27,548 nt of DNA from Prasinococcaceae sp. CCMP 1430 (lineage: Eukaryota; Plantae; Prasinodermophyta). The notes below the pieces were generated by a model. It searched no databases, was not told where the DNA came from, and saw nothing but the letters and a program-made list of their open reading frames with translations. This document shows, in pieces, positions 8,502-18,130 of this stretch. The DNA lies in assembly GCA_013416795.1 (NCBI GenBank), contig RQSC01000750.1, forward strand, positions 1 through 27,548, in the 5' to 3' direction. Position numbers and translations under genes: made by a program. Every line of letters starts with the position of its first letter. Position 1 is the stretch's first letter.

Positions 8502-10556
8502 TCAAAGCCGGAACGTGTCAAAGTTCGCTCGGTCGCGCTTGGTGCTTGGCCGCGGCATGGCTGCCACTTTCTGGGACCCAGTGACGGTAGGGAGGGCTGG
8601 ACGAGACAGGCCCTTAGCGCCCCCACCGCGCCTGAAGTTTCCGATAGACGCCTCCAGCCTGTCCAACGAGGCCGCGGCCACTGCAGCGGTGCGCCGCGCC
8701 CGGCGCTTCGCGCGGCGCCCCTCGGCCTCAACCCCATCGTCCCCGTCACTGTCCTCGACCACATCCACATCCGCACCTCCCTCCGCCGCGGTCGCGCCAT
8801 CCGGCTCGACGCACTGCTGAGGATCAGGCTCACCGGCAGCTCCACCCTCGGCGAGGCATCTGGGCTCGGCCTCGGCCTCGGCCTCGGCCTCGGGTAGGCC
8901 AGCGAAGAACCTGCTGGCCTTGCGTGACTTGGCGCGCGCACCGTCGGATGCGTTCGACTGCGCCGCGTTCAGTGCGGGCGGCTTGAACGGTTTGAGCGCG
9001 TTCTGGGAGGGCCTGGTCATCCTGCCACCGAGTGCGAAATCCTTGAGCATGGCCTTGCCAATCGGCAGGGTACCGACCCCCCCGGACCGAACGCTGCTGC
9101 TCAGGAAGCGGCCACCCATGCGCGGCTGGGGAATAGGAGCCGTTGAGAGCAGCTGCCGCGGTTGCTCCGCTGCACGCTGCGGCGGCTGCAGATGCATTGC
9201 CGCGCCGGTGCCAAGCGTCGAGACGCCCATCTGGCCCATCTGCCCCCCGCGAGGGCGCTCGGCGTGCGCGCGGGTGGGAGCGTGCGCAGTCGAAGGCATG
9301 GCACCCTTGAATGCTGCAGGCAGCGAGCCTGGTCGAAAGAGCTGCGGCTTTGGCGCCGCGGCCTCCCGGAAGGGCTCGTGCGTCATCGGGTCGACGTTCC
9401 CGTAAGCGATTTCCCGCAGCGTCGCATCGTCCTTCTTCGGGCCGAGGAAGGAGAGGTCCTCCACCACGAGCGCCCCCCTCGCGCCACACGACAGGGACTG
9501 GCTTCCGGTCAACTGGCTACCTTTGCTTTGCTGGCTCGAGGCGTGAATACCCATCACCTGCGGGTGCATCCTCGCGCCGTCCGCTCCCGCTGGGGGCGAG
9601 GCGGTGTCATCGGCGTGGTTCGCCCTCCTCGTGCTCGCCGCAACGGCTTTCAGGTCGTCCGACAGCTCTGTCAGGTACACGCCGCGCTGCTCATTACTGT
9701 CGTAGACCATCTGGTGCTTGAAGGTCCACAGGGCCTTCTGGAAGTCGGCCTCGTAGGTCGGTGGGAAGACAAAGCCCTCGAGGCGCATGATCTGCAGCGC
9801 CTTCTGCCACCGCTTGCACCGCGAGATATACTTGTGCGCTGTCTTGAGCCCGCAGTTGCGCACGGATGGAAGGAAGTCGCAGCCCGCGAGCACGCACATC
9901 TGCCGAACCATGTCCTCGGTGAAGTACTGCATGCGAAGCGAGCGGCTGTTGCCAAGGGCGTCCATGCGGAGCTCCTCGCCGTTGCCCTGCTTGTCCATCT
10001 TGAAGAAGACGCACTTGCAGCAGTAGCCACCTACGAGGTCCGAGTCCTCGGTGATTATAGCGCTCACTTCTCCTGTGCGCTCGAGGTACGCCATCTGCGC
10101 GTCGGCCTCGTACGGCGCCACGAGCGTCCGCACGCCCAACTTTGCGAGTGCCTTGATGGCCACATGCGCCATCGCCGGCGTGATATCGACGGCCTTCTGA
10201 TACGCGTCGTTGGATGCACCGTGATTGCCCGTCGCGGCGTGCCGGCGTGCCGCGCTCAGGTGCTCCTCGCGCGCCATTTGCCGCCGCGACTCCTCTCCGG
10301 CCTTGGCGGGTAGCCTCGCCCCGTCGAACACGACGATGGGCTCCACATTGTGCGCGCGCAGGAGGTTTACGCGGCCAGTGACGAAGCTGAGCCACTTGGT
10401 CGTCGGCCGCCCCTCAGCGAGGTCCGCCGCGCACGTGTACGCCGCGCGGTGCAGCCAGCAGTAGCCGTCGACAGCCACGCGCCGGCCGGCGTACTCAGAG
10501 ACGTGCTTCTTCACTGTGACGTCCTTGAGCGCAGCGAGGAAGCCGCCAACGCCCAT
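8502..10556 (-). CDS. EXO1: Exonuclease 1 (XPG/Rad2 family), 684 aa, intronless
   Basis: MGVGGFL...VAVDGYCWLHR, VVFDGARLPAKAGEE, APYEADAQMAYL, ITEDSDL, LAGCDFLPS and GLKTAHK are the XPG-N, XPG-I and H3TH motifs of the EXO1 subfamily. Confidence 0.95.
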   Translation of the reverse strand: MGVGGFLAALKDVTVKKHVSEYAGRRVAVDGYCWLHRAAYTCAADLAEGRPTTKWLSFVTGRVNLLRAHNVEPIVVFDGARLPAKAGEESRRQMAREEHLSAARRHAATGNHGASNDAYQKAVDITPAMAHVAIKALAKLGVRTLVAPYEADAQMAYLERTGEVSAIITEDSDLVGGYCCKCVFFKMDKQGNGEELRMDALGNSRSLRMQYFTEDMVRQMCVLAGCDFLPSVRNCGLKTAHKYISRCKRWQKALQIMRLEGFVFPPTYEADFQKALWTFKHQMVYDSNEQRGVYLTELSDDLKAVAASTRRANHADDTASPPAGADGARMHPQVMGIHASSQQSKGSQLTGSQSLSCGARGALVVEDLSFLGPKKDDATLREIAYGNVDPMTHEPFREAAAPKPQLFRPGSLPAAFKGAMPSTAHAPTRAHAERPRGGQMGQMGVSTLGTGAAMHLQPPQRAAEQPRQLLSTAPIPQPRMGGRFLSSSVRSGGVGTLPIGKAMLKDFALGGRMTRPSQNALKPFKPPALNAAQSNASDGARAKSRKASRFFAGLPEAEAEAEAEPRCLAEGGAAGEPDPQQCVEPDGATAAEGGADVDVVEDSDGDDGVEAEGRRAKRRARRTAAVAAASLDRLEASIGNFRRGGGAKGLSRPALPTVTGSQKVAAMPRPSTKRDRANFDTFRL

Positions 10557-10718
10557 CCCGTGCCGCGCGGAGCACGCCGCCTGCGCGGCGCCGCGCGGGG
10601 CGCCGCACGCACCCACCCAGCCACTCGCGCGCCCCCGCGGGCCGGGCGGGACCGAAGGAGGCGCGCGAGATCCGCCCGACCGAGGCGCGCGCGTCGCCCC
10701 GGGCGCGCGGTATCCCCC

Positions 10719-10767
10719 NNNNNNNNNNNNNNNNNNNNNNNNNNNNNNNNNNNNNNNNNNNNNNNNN
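10719..10767. other. Assembly gap (49 N) in the EXO1/DDA1 divergent spacer
   Basis: Run of N. Confidence 0.98.
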
Positions 10768-10874
10768 CGGGGAGGGGGCCGCGCGCCGGGTGTGCGCCGC
10801 GCGCCGGCGCGCCGCGCGCCCCGGCACACTCCACGAACACCCTCCCGACCCCTCCCTCTGCGGGCTCAGCAGCC

Positions 10875-11486
10875 ATGGCGTCGGGCGCGCCGACCAGCGA
10901 CTTGCTGGGCGAGCTGCCGTCCAGCGGCAGCGCCAACTTCTCGGGCCTGATTGGGGCGGTAGGCGAGGTGGGCGCTGGCGGCGTCAGCGGCGCAAACGGC
11001 GTGGGTGGCGCTGGCGCGCGCGGCGGCGTTGCATCCGCTGTGCGTCGGCGCACCAATGCGCTGGCGCAGCAGCGAGCGCTCCCCAGGCAGTACGTGCCGA
11101 GCGCAGAGGCCGCTGCGCCGCCTGCCGACCAGATTATCACCACAGAGGAGCCCAACATACTATTGAGGCACTTCTACGCGCTCGGTAGGGGAGCGCATGC
11201 ACGAGCACAGACTCAGACGCACGTGCAGACAGAGACGGGCGCGGCAGGCGAGGGCGTTGGAGCGCACTCCGGCGCGCACGTGTCCGCAGAATCGCGAGGG
11301 CACGCGCCGCCGCAGCGCAAACGAGCGGCAGAATTCGAGGCGCCTGCAGCGGAGGCACGCACCGAGGCCCGACGTCGGCTGGCCGATGGTGCGAACCCTT
11401 TCAGCGCCCACATGCCGACCCGAGCACGCGGCTCTGATGGTGGCGGCAACGGTGGCAACGACAAGGGTAAGTCGCCCGCCGCGTAG
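10875..11486 (+). CDS. DDA1: DET1- and DDB1-associated protein 1 homologue, 203 aa
   Basis: ATG in GCAGCCATGG context. LLGELPS...NFS and YVP...PADQIITTEEPNILLRHFY match the DDA1 N-terminal motifs (LPxxxxxNFS; QIIxTExxNILLR). Confidence 0.8.
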   Translation: MASGAPTSDLLGELPSSGSANFSGLIGAVGEVGAGGVSGANGVGGAGARGGVASAVRRRTNALAQQRALPRQYVPSAEAAAPPADQIITTEEPNILLRHFYALGRGAHARAQTQTHVQTETGAAGEGVGAHSGAHVSAESRGHAPPQRKRAAEFEAPAAEARTEARRRLADGANPFSAHMPTRARGSDGGGNGGNDKGKSPAA

Positions 11487-11510
11487 AGTAGGCACCCTCG
11501 AGTGACAATA

Positions 11511-11515
11511 TGTAA
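11511..11515 (+). terminator. TGTAA poly(A) signal of DDA1
   Basis: TGTAA 25 nt after the DDA1 stop, inside the 61-nt convergent spacer. Confidence 0.65.
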
Positions 11516-11547
11516 TATCATCATTTTAATGTACATAGCCTGTGCTT

Positions 11548-13827
11548 TCATCGCTGCGTGGCCACAGCTGCAACAGCGATAGCGGCGGCGGCAACGGCGG
11601 CTCCGATCTGCCCCGCGACACCAGACGCGCGTTGGGGTTCCTCAGCCTGCGCACGCGTCTCGATGGCCGACACGGCATGTGCAAGCTCCTCCATGTCGCC
11701 CGCCATGTCGCGCTGGAGCGTAGCCACCTCATTGAGCTTGTTCATAGCGGCCCGCAGGCCACTAACCGCTCCAGCACTCGGCGCGCTGCCATTGGCCATT
11801 GATCGGGAGCGATGCGCACTCGCGTCGCCCGTCGGCAGTGCCAGGCCTGGCGTTGCGGGCGGCGGAGCGGCGGCCGCGCGTGCCTCCGGGGGGAGTGGCA
11901 CGAACTGCGTTGACGCGCCACCGGCGGGCGTGGCCACAGGCACCGCCTCGCCTTGGTTTGGTGCAGATCGTTCCAGCTCGATGCTCAAACTCCGGCGTGT
12001 CGTTGGGGTACGCCCTGTTGGGGTGTTCACGGATCCGGTCCCGTCAGGCGCACCCACGGCTGCGGCCGCCGCTGCAGTGGCATCCCTCGCGCCGATGCCC
12101 CCCGAGGCCCCGGTGAAGCTCCCAGCGCGCCGGAGCCCCGCACTGGAGCCGCCTGCAGAGCCAGGCGAGGAGCCCAATTTCTTCTCGAGCGGCATGGGTG
12201 AAAGCTTCTTGGCCAGCTGCTTCAGCGGCGAGTTCCACGGCGAGCCCGGGGGGCTCGTGGGCATGAAAGGGCCGTGCCCTTGGCTGTCCTGCGAGCCGGG
12301 CGCGGCAAATGTGCTCTCGAGCTTGCCAAGGTCGCCGGAAACATCTTCGAACAGGTCCATGAGCTGCACCTGCTCAATGTACGACCGCGGCATGTATGTG
12401 CCGTCGAGCCCCAGCGCGGTGCCAGCCATCTCCACCTCGGCGCGCTCGCACGAGTTTATTGAGACGTACGTGCGGTTGAGCTTGTCCACATGGTCGACCT
12501 TGATGAGCAGATCTCCCTCGGTGCTCTCATAAACCTCGGACTCTCGCTTCAGGATGGCGCCGACAGTGTAGCCCAGCGTCATCAGGCCGCTTAGTACGCG
12601 CACATTTACCTCGAACGACATGCCCGGCGAGATGATCATGTTGCCATCGCTTACGTACTCCTCGAAGTGCACCGAGTAGTGGCCTTCTCGCAGACGCATG
12701 CGGATCCAGTCCCTGCAAGTCTCCGCCTCCATCCCGGGGGGCAGCAGGTAAATGTCGGTGGTCTCCTCATCCTTCACGGTGAAGGCCGCAGGTTCTTCAG
12801 CAGAGAGGGAGCCTTGCTCCCTCTGCTGCTCCTCGGATGCGCTGGAGGGCGACGTCGCTATCTCCCCATCCATGTCGAGCGTTCCCGCTGCCTCAACTTC
12901 GGTCACAGAGCCAACGCTGCTGAGGCGTTTGTTCACGTGGCGCTTGCGCTGGGCATAGCCCTCCATGTACGCCTCGATGTCCTGCGTGCTGACGGCCTTG
13001 TCCGACTTGAGTGAGTACTGGGCCTGGTCGAGGAAGCCCGAGAAGGGGTTGTGCGCATTGGTGACACGCACGTGCGCGAGCTGCAGATCGGGCTCAACAA
13101 AGGCCTTGAAGAAAGGGAACACCGTCTCGGAGATGTTTTGCAGCAACTGCCCGCCGTCGCCGCCGGCAGCGGCAGCGGCGGCGGCCGCCGCCTCGTCGTC
13201 GTCGCTGACCGTGCCACCTGCGCTGAGCATGCAGTCGCGCTTGATGCGCTTGACGAGGTCGAAGTGCACGCCGCCGCTGATTGACACGCACAGGTCGCTC
13301 ATGGTGCGCACGACCGCGTTGAGGGCATACACGCCCTCAACAATGAGCACGCCATTCGCCGGGGGGCTCACTTTGGTCCACCCGTTGCGCGCGCGCTGCT
13401 TGAAGTCGTACACCGGCGCCAGGGTGTCGCGCCCCGCGCGCAGTTCGCTCAGGTTGCGAAGCAAGAGGGAAAAGTCGGTCGCGCGCGGGTCGTCGATGTT
13501 GCCACCAGCGAGCTCGGCCATATCCACGTCGATGTAGTTGGACAAGCTGAGCTGCGTGCTGCCGGCCAGCAGTTCCAGCAGCCGCTTGCAGAAGCTCGTC
13601 TTCCCGCTGCCGGACGGACCACCCACGCACACCACGAGGAGGCCGCTCATGTGCTCACGAAGCAGCTGCACGGCGCGCACCACCACGTAGAGACCCTTCT
13701 CGTAGGGAAGGCTCGACTCAATGGGCACGAGCTCGACCGCGTCCGCCCACGGCGCGTCGCGCCGCGGCCGCACGGCGAGCTGCTCCTTGAGCAGCCGCCC
13801 GCGCGCCCCCGCGGGCCGCGTGTGCAT
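11548..13827 (-). CDS. TTM: Triphosphate tunnel metalloenzyme TTM1/2-like (uridine-kinase-like domain + CYTH + C-terminal membrane anchor), 759 aa
   Basis: LLKEQL, YEKGLYVVVRAVQLL, Walker A GGPSGSGKT, GGVHFDLVKR, ISETVFPFFKAFVEPDL, EETTDIYLLPPG and RSYIEQVQL are present. The hydrophobic tail is IGAAVAAAAIAVAAVATQR. ATG chosen by alignment to plant N-termini; the frame is open further upstream. Confidence 0.9.
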   Translation of the reverse strand: MHTRPAGARGRLLKEQLAVRPRRDAPWADAVELVPIESSLPYEKGLYVVVRAVQLLREHMSGLLVVCVGGPSGSGKTSFCKRLLELLAGSTQLSLSNYIDVDMAELAGGNIDDPRATDFSLLLRNLSELRAGRDTLAPVYDFKQRARNGWTKVSPPANGVLIVEGVYALNAVVRTMSDLCVSISGGVHFDLVKRIKRDCMLSAGGTVSDDDEAAAAAAAAAGGDGGQLLQNISETVFPFFKAFVEPDLQLAHVRVTNAHNPFSGFLDQAQYSLKSDKAVSTQDIEAYMEGYAQRKRHVNKRLSSVGSVTEVEAAGTLDMDGEIATSPSSASEEQQREQGSLSAEEPAAFTVKDEETTDIYLLPPGMEAETCRDWIRMRLREGHYSVHFEEYVSDGNMIISPGMSFEVNVRVLSGLMTLGYTVGAILKRESEVYESTEGDLLIKVDHVDKLNRTYVSINSCERAEVEMAGTALGLDGTYMPRSYIEQVQLMDLFEDVSGDLGKLESTFAAPGSQDSQGHGPFMPTSPPGSPWNSPLKQLAKKLSPMPLEKKLGSSPGSAGGSSAGLRRAGSFTGASGGIGARDATAAAAAAVGAPDGTGSVNTPTGRTPTTRRSLSIELERSAPNQGEAVPVATPAGGASTQFVPLPPEARAAAAPPPATPGLALPTGDASAHRSRSMANGSAPSAGAVSGLRAAMNKLNEVATLQRDMAGDMEELAHAVSAIETRAQAEEPQRASGVAGQIGAAVAAAAIAVAAVATQR

Positions 13828-14163
13828 CGCCACGCGCGAACGCAGCGGCCCGCGCGCGCGCGCGCGCGCTGTGGCGAGCGACCCCGCAGCTCCCTGGCCG
13901 CAGCCCAGTGCCAAGTCCCCACAGCCCACAGCCAGCTGCCGCGCGATCGGCCGGCCTCTTGCTACCCCCATACCTGCCCCCCACCCGCACCCAACCCCTC
14001 CCCCGCCACACCAACCCACTGTTGACCCACACATCGCCATCGATGTCAAAGCCAAAGCGCATTTTGATTTTTTTATCCCGACATCAAAAAGCACCAGAGG
14101 GCCGTGACTTTCAAGGGAGAAAAATCTGGGGAAAATGGTTGGCTTAAAATAGTACAGTGTACC

Positions 14164-15593
14164 TCACTGCCTGCGGCCGAGCATGCCGCCCAGCCACTGC
14201 CCCCACGTCCTGCCAGGAGCGGCGGCGGCGGCGGCGGCGGTCTCGGCCGCGTCGCGGGCACCCCCCTCGCCGTCGTCGAAGATGCCCTTGAAGGCGCTCG
14301 CCTGCGCGCTCTGCGTTTTCTTCCGGTCGGCCCTCACCTCGGCGAGCGCTCTGCGGATGGCCTTATCGTCCGGCGAGGCCTTGGCGGCCTTACGCAGGTC
14401 CTCCTCGGCGGCTTCGGTCTGCCCAAGCGCAAGCCTCGCCTTGCCCCTCCTATAAAGCGCCTTGGCATTGTCGGGCGCCTCTGCTAGCACGGCCGTCGCC
14501 GCCTCGATGCACTCGTTGTGCTTGCCCATGCGCAGGTACGCAGCCGCGCGATTGCCAAACACAGGCAGGCGCACGTTGAGCGCGTACTCGCGGTGGTGGC
14601 CCTCGACCTGGAACATCAGGTCATCCGTCAGGTAGCTCAGCGCGATCTCGTACTCGCGCAATGCGCCCTCATCGTCCCCTTGTTTGAAGCACGCGTTGCC
14701 GCGTCCTCGGCGAAGGTCGGCTGCCTCCACCCGCTGCTCGAATGTCATATCTGAGCGGGACGTGCCTCCAACGCTGTCCTCCGCATCACCCTCCCCTATC
14801 TCCGGCGGCGGATCGACGCCCACCAGCTCGATATAGTACCAAATCGCAGCGTGCGGGGGCACGTGTGGGAACGAGAAGCTGCCCTTCGCGCCGTAGGCCT
14901 TCGGGGAATGAACATAGCCAATAACTTTCTCGCCCTCGCACATGCTGTCGACAAGCAGCCCCAGGCCGTGCTGCGGCGTGCCTGTACGGTGCCGACACGC
15001 AACAAATTGCTCGGGCCCGCCGCCCTCCGCCCAGGTGTCGTGCACGAGCTGCCCGCAGACTTTGTTGTCCTCGGCGTTTTCCCTCGTCTTTTCTCCGTCG
15101 ACGCCATCCTGGTCCTCGTCCGTCTGAGCCGCACTCTCGCCCTCGTCAGTGCGCGCGACCCAGCAGTCCTCGCCAGTCTCCCGCGCCGACTCGCCCTCGT
15201 CGATGCGCGCGACCCAGCAGCGGTAATGCACATGGCAACGGGAGTACTTTGCCACCGGCATGGGTCGCTGCAGCCGCGGGCGGCAGAGTGCGCGTGAGTC
15301 AGCGCGCGTCAGCACGACGCATGCGGTGCGCCAGCGCAACGCCCGTCCCACGCATTTTTGCGGGGATAGTGCGGGCGACGCCGCACCTCGTCCGCGTCGC
15401 CCACGTCCAGGGCACGCGCATCCTTCCCCCGCGCGGCTATCGCCGTCTCCGCAAGCGCCTGTGCGTTTAGTGTCCACTTGAAGCAACCCAACGTGATGTA
15501 CTCCGGCGCGCCTATCCGCAGCACCTGCTCTTGCGTCGGCGCGACGGCGCCAGTGTACTCATCGGGCCTCCCCGGCGACGGGGGAGGCGTCAT
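14164..15593 (-). CDS. FKBP42: FKBP42/TWD1-like immunophilin (FKBP + TPR + amphipathic tail), join(15387..15593,14164..15267), 436 aa
   Basis: KYSRCHVHYRCW, HDTW, AYGAKGSFSFPHVPP, RSDMTFEQR, LTDDLMFQ, KALYRRGKA, PDDKAIRRAL, FKGIF and the tail TWGQWLGGML are present. Phase-0 intron 15268-15386 (GTGCGG...CTGAC...CAG). Confidence 0.9.
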
Positions 15594-15970
15594 AGCGCTC
15601 ACGCGGCGCTCAGGCCCACGCGCTCTCGGATTCTCGCCGTCTCACGTCGCGGGCACGCGGAGTGGCGCGGGAGCACGACGCTGCCCTGCCGCTGCCCGTG
15701 GCCGCGCCAGCGGGGGAAGGGCAATTTGGTGCGCTCGCGTGCGCCCGCCGCCAGGGCGCGTGCGCAAGCGCGAGCTGAGTGTGGCCGCGACCAGCGCCCC
15801 ACAGCGCATCGTCGTGGCGCCGCGCAGGATTCCAGGTCGCTTCAGGCGGGCGCTCGGCAGCGAGCCAGGGTGTGCAGCACGCGCGCCAACCCCGAGCCGC
15901 CCACGGTGACGACATGCTATGAATGTATGTGTTTGTTACGAGAGCGTGCGCGTGCCACGCAGTTGCTCTC

Positions 15971-17474
15971 CTACGCCGCGTCCTCCTCCTTCTTATCCCC
16001 CTCCGCCTCCGGCTCCTTCACCCACACGCGCAGCGTCCCGTCCTCCGAGCCCGATGCATACGACTCGCCCCCCGGCGCATAGCGGACAGTGTGGATGGGG
16101 CCGTGGTGTCCGCGGTGCGACTCGACCTCCTCGCCAGTCTCCAGGTCGTGCACGTGCACCCACATGTCCTGCCCACCCGCGACGAAGCGCTTCCCCGGCG
16201 CGTGCATCGACGCGCTCTCTACGCCGTAGGGCACGCGCACCGACTGCTGCAACTTGAGCGCACGGGCGTCGTAGAAGTTCACCGCGTCGCCATCCGCCGT
16301 CGTGAGCGCGCCACCGTCCGGCGAGAGCTCCATGCTCAGGCAAGGCGCCGCGCACTCAACAGACTGGCACTCCGACAACGTGCGCACATCCCACACGCGG
16401 ATCGCCTTCTCATCCGAGCCGGCAGTCACGATCAGGCTGGGGTCGTCCGTATGCCAGAGGCACGTGCGCAGTGCAGCGGTGGAGCCCTCGATCTTCAGCG
16501 GCTCGGCGTCGGGGCGCTCAAGATCGAACACGCGAATGACCTTCTCGTGGCCAGCGGTCAGAATGCGCTTGTTGTCCTGCAAAGAGCCAGCGAGGAAGAG
16601 CATAAAAGGCGCGAGGGGACCACGGCCGCGCCGCATGCATCAGGTTGCGTCAGCACGGGTGCGTAATTCAAAGCCTAAGGTGGGCACAGCACGCGGGGAG
16701 CACACCGCCGCGCGGCACCCGCGTGCCTGCCGCGTGGTTGCCCCGGCCAGGTCGTCGCTAGGGTTCGTTTCGGGGGCGAGCTCGCGTTCCTGGTGGCGCA
16801 GCGGGCGCGCCGGGCGGCATGCACGGGCAGTCGCCGAGCGCTCGGGCATGCAAGAGCCGTCATCAAGTTCTGAGCGGCCCATCCCACTGCACGCGTGCCC
16901 TTCCCTCTTGACACAACGCCCACCACCACACACCTTTGCGAAGCCGCACGTGCGCACGATGTGCTTGTGCGCGAATGTGTGCAGCTGCTCCCCCGTGAGC
17001 GCATCCCACACGCCCGCCGAGAAGTCGGCACTCGCGGTGACGGCGCGCGTCGCCTCGCCGTCGAGGCCGACGCCCCACACGCAGCCATTATGGCCCTCAA
17101 ACGTGCCGATCCAGTCGCCCGACTCGCCGTTGCGCAACATCGGCTTGCCATCCTTGGAAGCGCTGATCACGAAGTAGCCGTCCTCGGTGATGTCCGAGAA
17201 CTGGATCTCATTGATCGGGCGGCTGTGGCCGTGGCACACCTGCAGCAGAGCGCGAGGGTCAGCGCCATAGCCACAGCATCACCGCACAGCGCCATCCCCA
17301 CGCAACCTCTCACGCTCCTCCCGCCCCGCCTGCGCCAAACGCGCCCTCGCAGCACCCGCGAGTGCGCACGCGCCCCCCGGCACGGCGCGGCGCGACGACA
17401 GGCACACGAAAGATCGCACTCAGGCGGGGAAGAAGGGGGTGACGGCGGGGTCCGCGACGCACCAACGAGATCAT
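15971..17474 (-). CDS. STRAP: STRAP/UNRIP WD40 protein, join(17463..17474,16934..17239,15971..16576), 307 aa
   Basis: VCHGHSRP, SASKDGKPMLRNGESGDWIGTFEGH, SADFSA, HKHIVR, GGQDMWV, GHHGPIH and YASGSEDGTLRVW are present. Introns 17240-17462 (GTGCGT..CAG) and 16577-16933 (GTGTGT..CAG) are both phase 0. Confidence 0.93.
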
Positions 17475-17586
17475 GGCGGGGCGTGCGCCGTCTTCCCCGC
17501 GCCCACCCTCCCCGCCGCGCGCGCCGCGAGCGCGCCGTGTGGCAGCGGCGGCTGCGGCCCGCTCTCCGCCGCCGCTGCGCCATGAT

Positions 17587-17605
17587 ACGTGTACACTGTA
17601 CACGT
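17587..17605. promoter_or_regulatory. 19-bp quasi-palindrome ACGTGTACA-C-TGTACACGT upstream of STRAP
   Basis: Perfect 9-bp inverted arms with a 1-nt spacer, about 113 nt 5' of the STRAP ATG, at the edge of an AT-rich island. The regulatory role is inferred. Confidence 0.4.
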
Positions 17606-18046
17606 TGTTTTCATTAATATCTACGGAAGGCGTTTTAAAATTAGCATAATTACGTGATATAGATCTAATAATGAATCGAATTTGCTCATTTCCCTAATGG
17701 GAAAGGCAGTTGCACGGCGAGCTTCGGCTCTCCGCCGCCTCCGCACCACACCACCACCACCCCACCACCCCAAAAAGAGAGACGCGCAGGGGGTGAGGGG
17801 TGGGGTTGAGGCGCGCGACCGCCGCGGGGCCTTGCCGCCCAGCGCCGGCGCTCGCCGTCCGTCGCCGGTGATCGATCGCTCTCGGGGCACGTCCGCGAGC
17901 CCACCGCGACGGAGGCGAGGCGCGCGGGCGGGAACTGGCGCTCGATGGCGCATCGTACGCGTTGCGCCGGCACCGGGGAGGCGCACGCGCGATCCAGTAG
18001 CGTGCTCCACCTCGCGCCAGAGTATCAGAGCTCTCCGAGCTGCTCT

Positions 18047-18051
18047 TTACA
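18047..18051 (-). terminator. TGTAA poly(A) signal of eIF4E
   Basis: TTACA on the + strand, 80 nt past the stop. Confidence 0.6.
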
Positions 18052-18130
18052 GGCATCGGCGCCATCGTCATTGCGACACGGGTCGGCGCAGCGCGCTGAT
18101 CGCGCGCTCGCTGCCTGCCTGCGAGCCCGA

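Noticed and set aside
13828-14094. N-terminal extension of TTM given by the ORF track
   Set aside because: G/T-rich low-complexity sequence resembling UTR or intron; family similarity begins at the ATG at 13827.
16640-16865. C box (TGATGA) and D box (CTGA) in STRAP intron 2
   Set aside because: Boxes are over 200 nt apart, and the CTGA is the branch point.
17167-17583. ATG at 17583 as the STRAP start
   Set aside because: The product is Arg-rich nonsense with no splice route; the 12-nt exon at 17463-17474 fits better.
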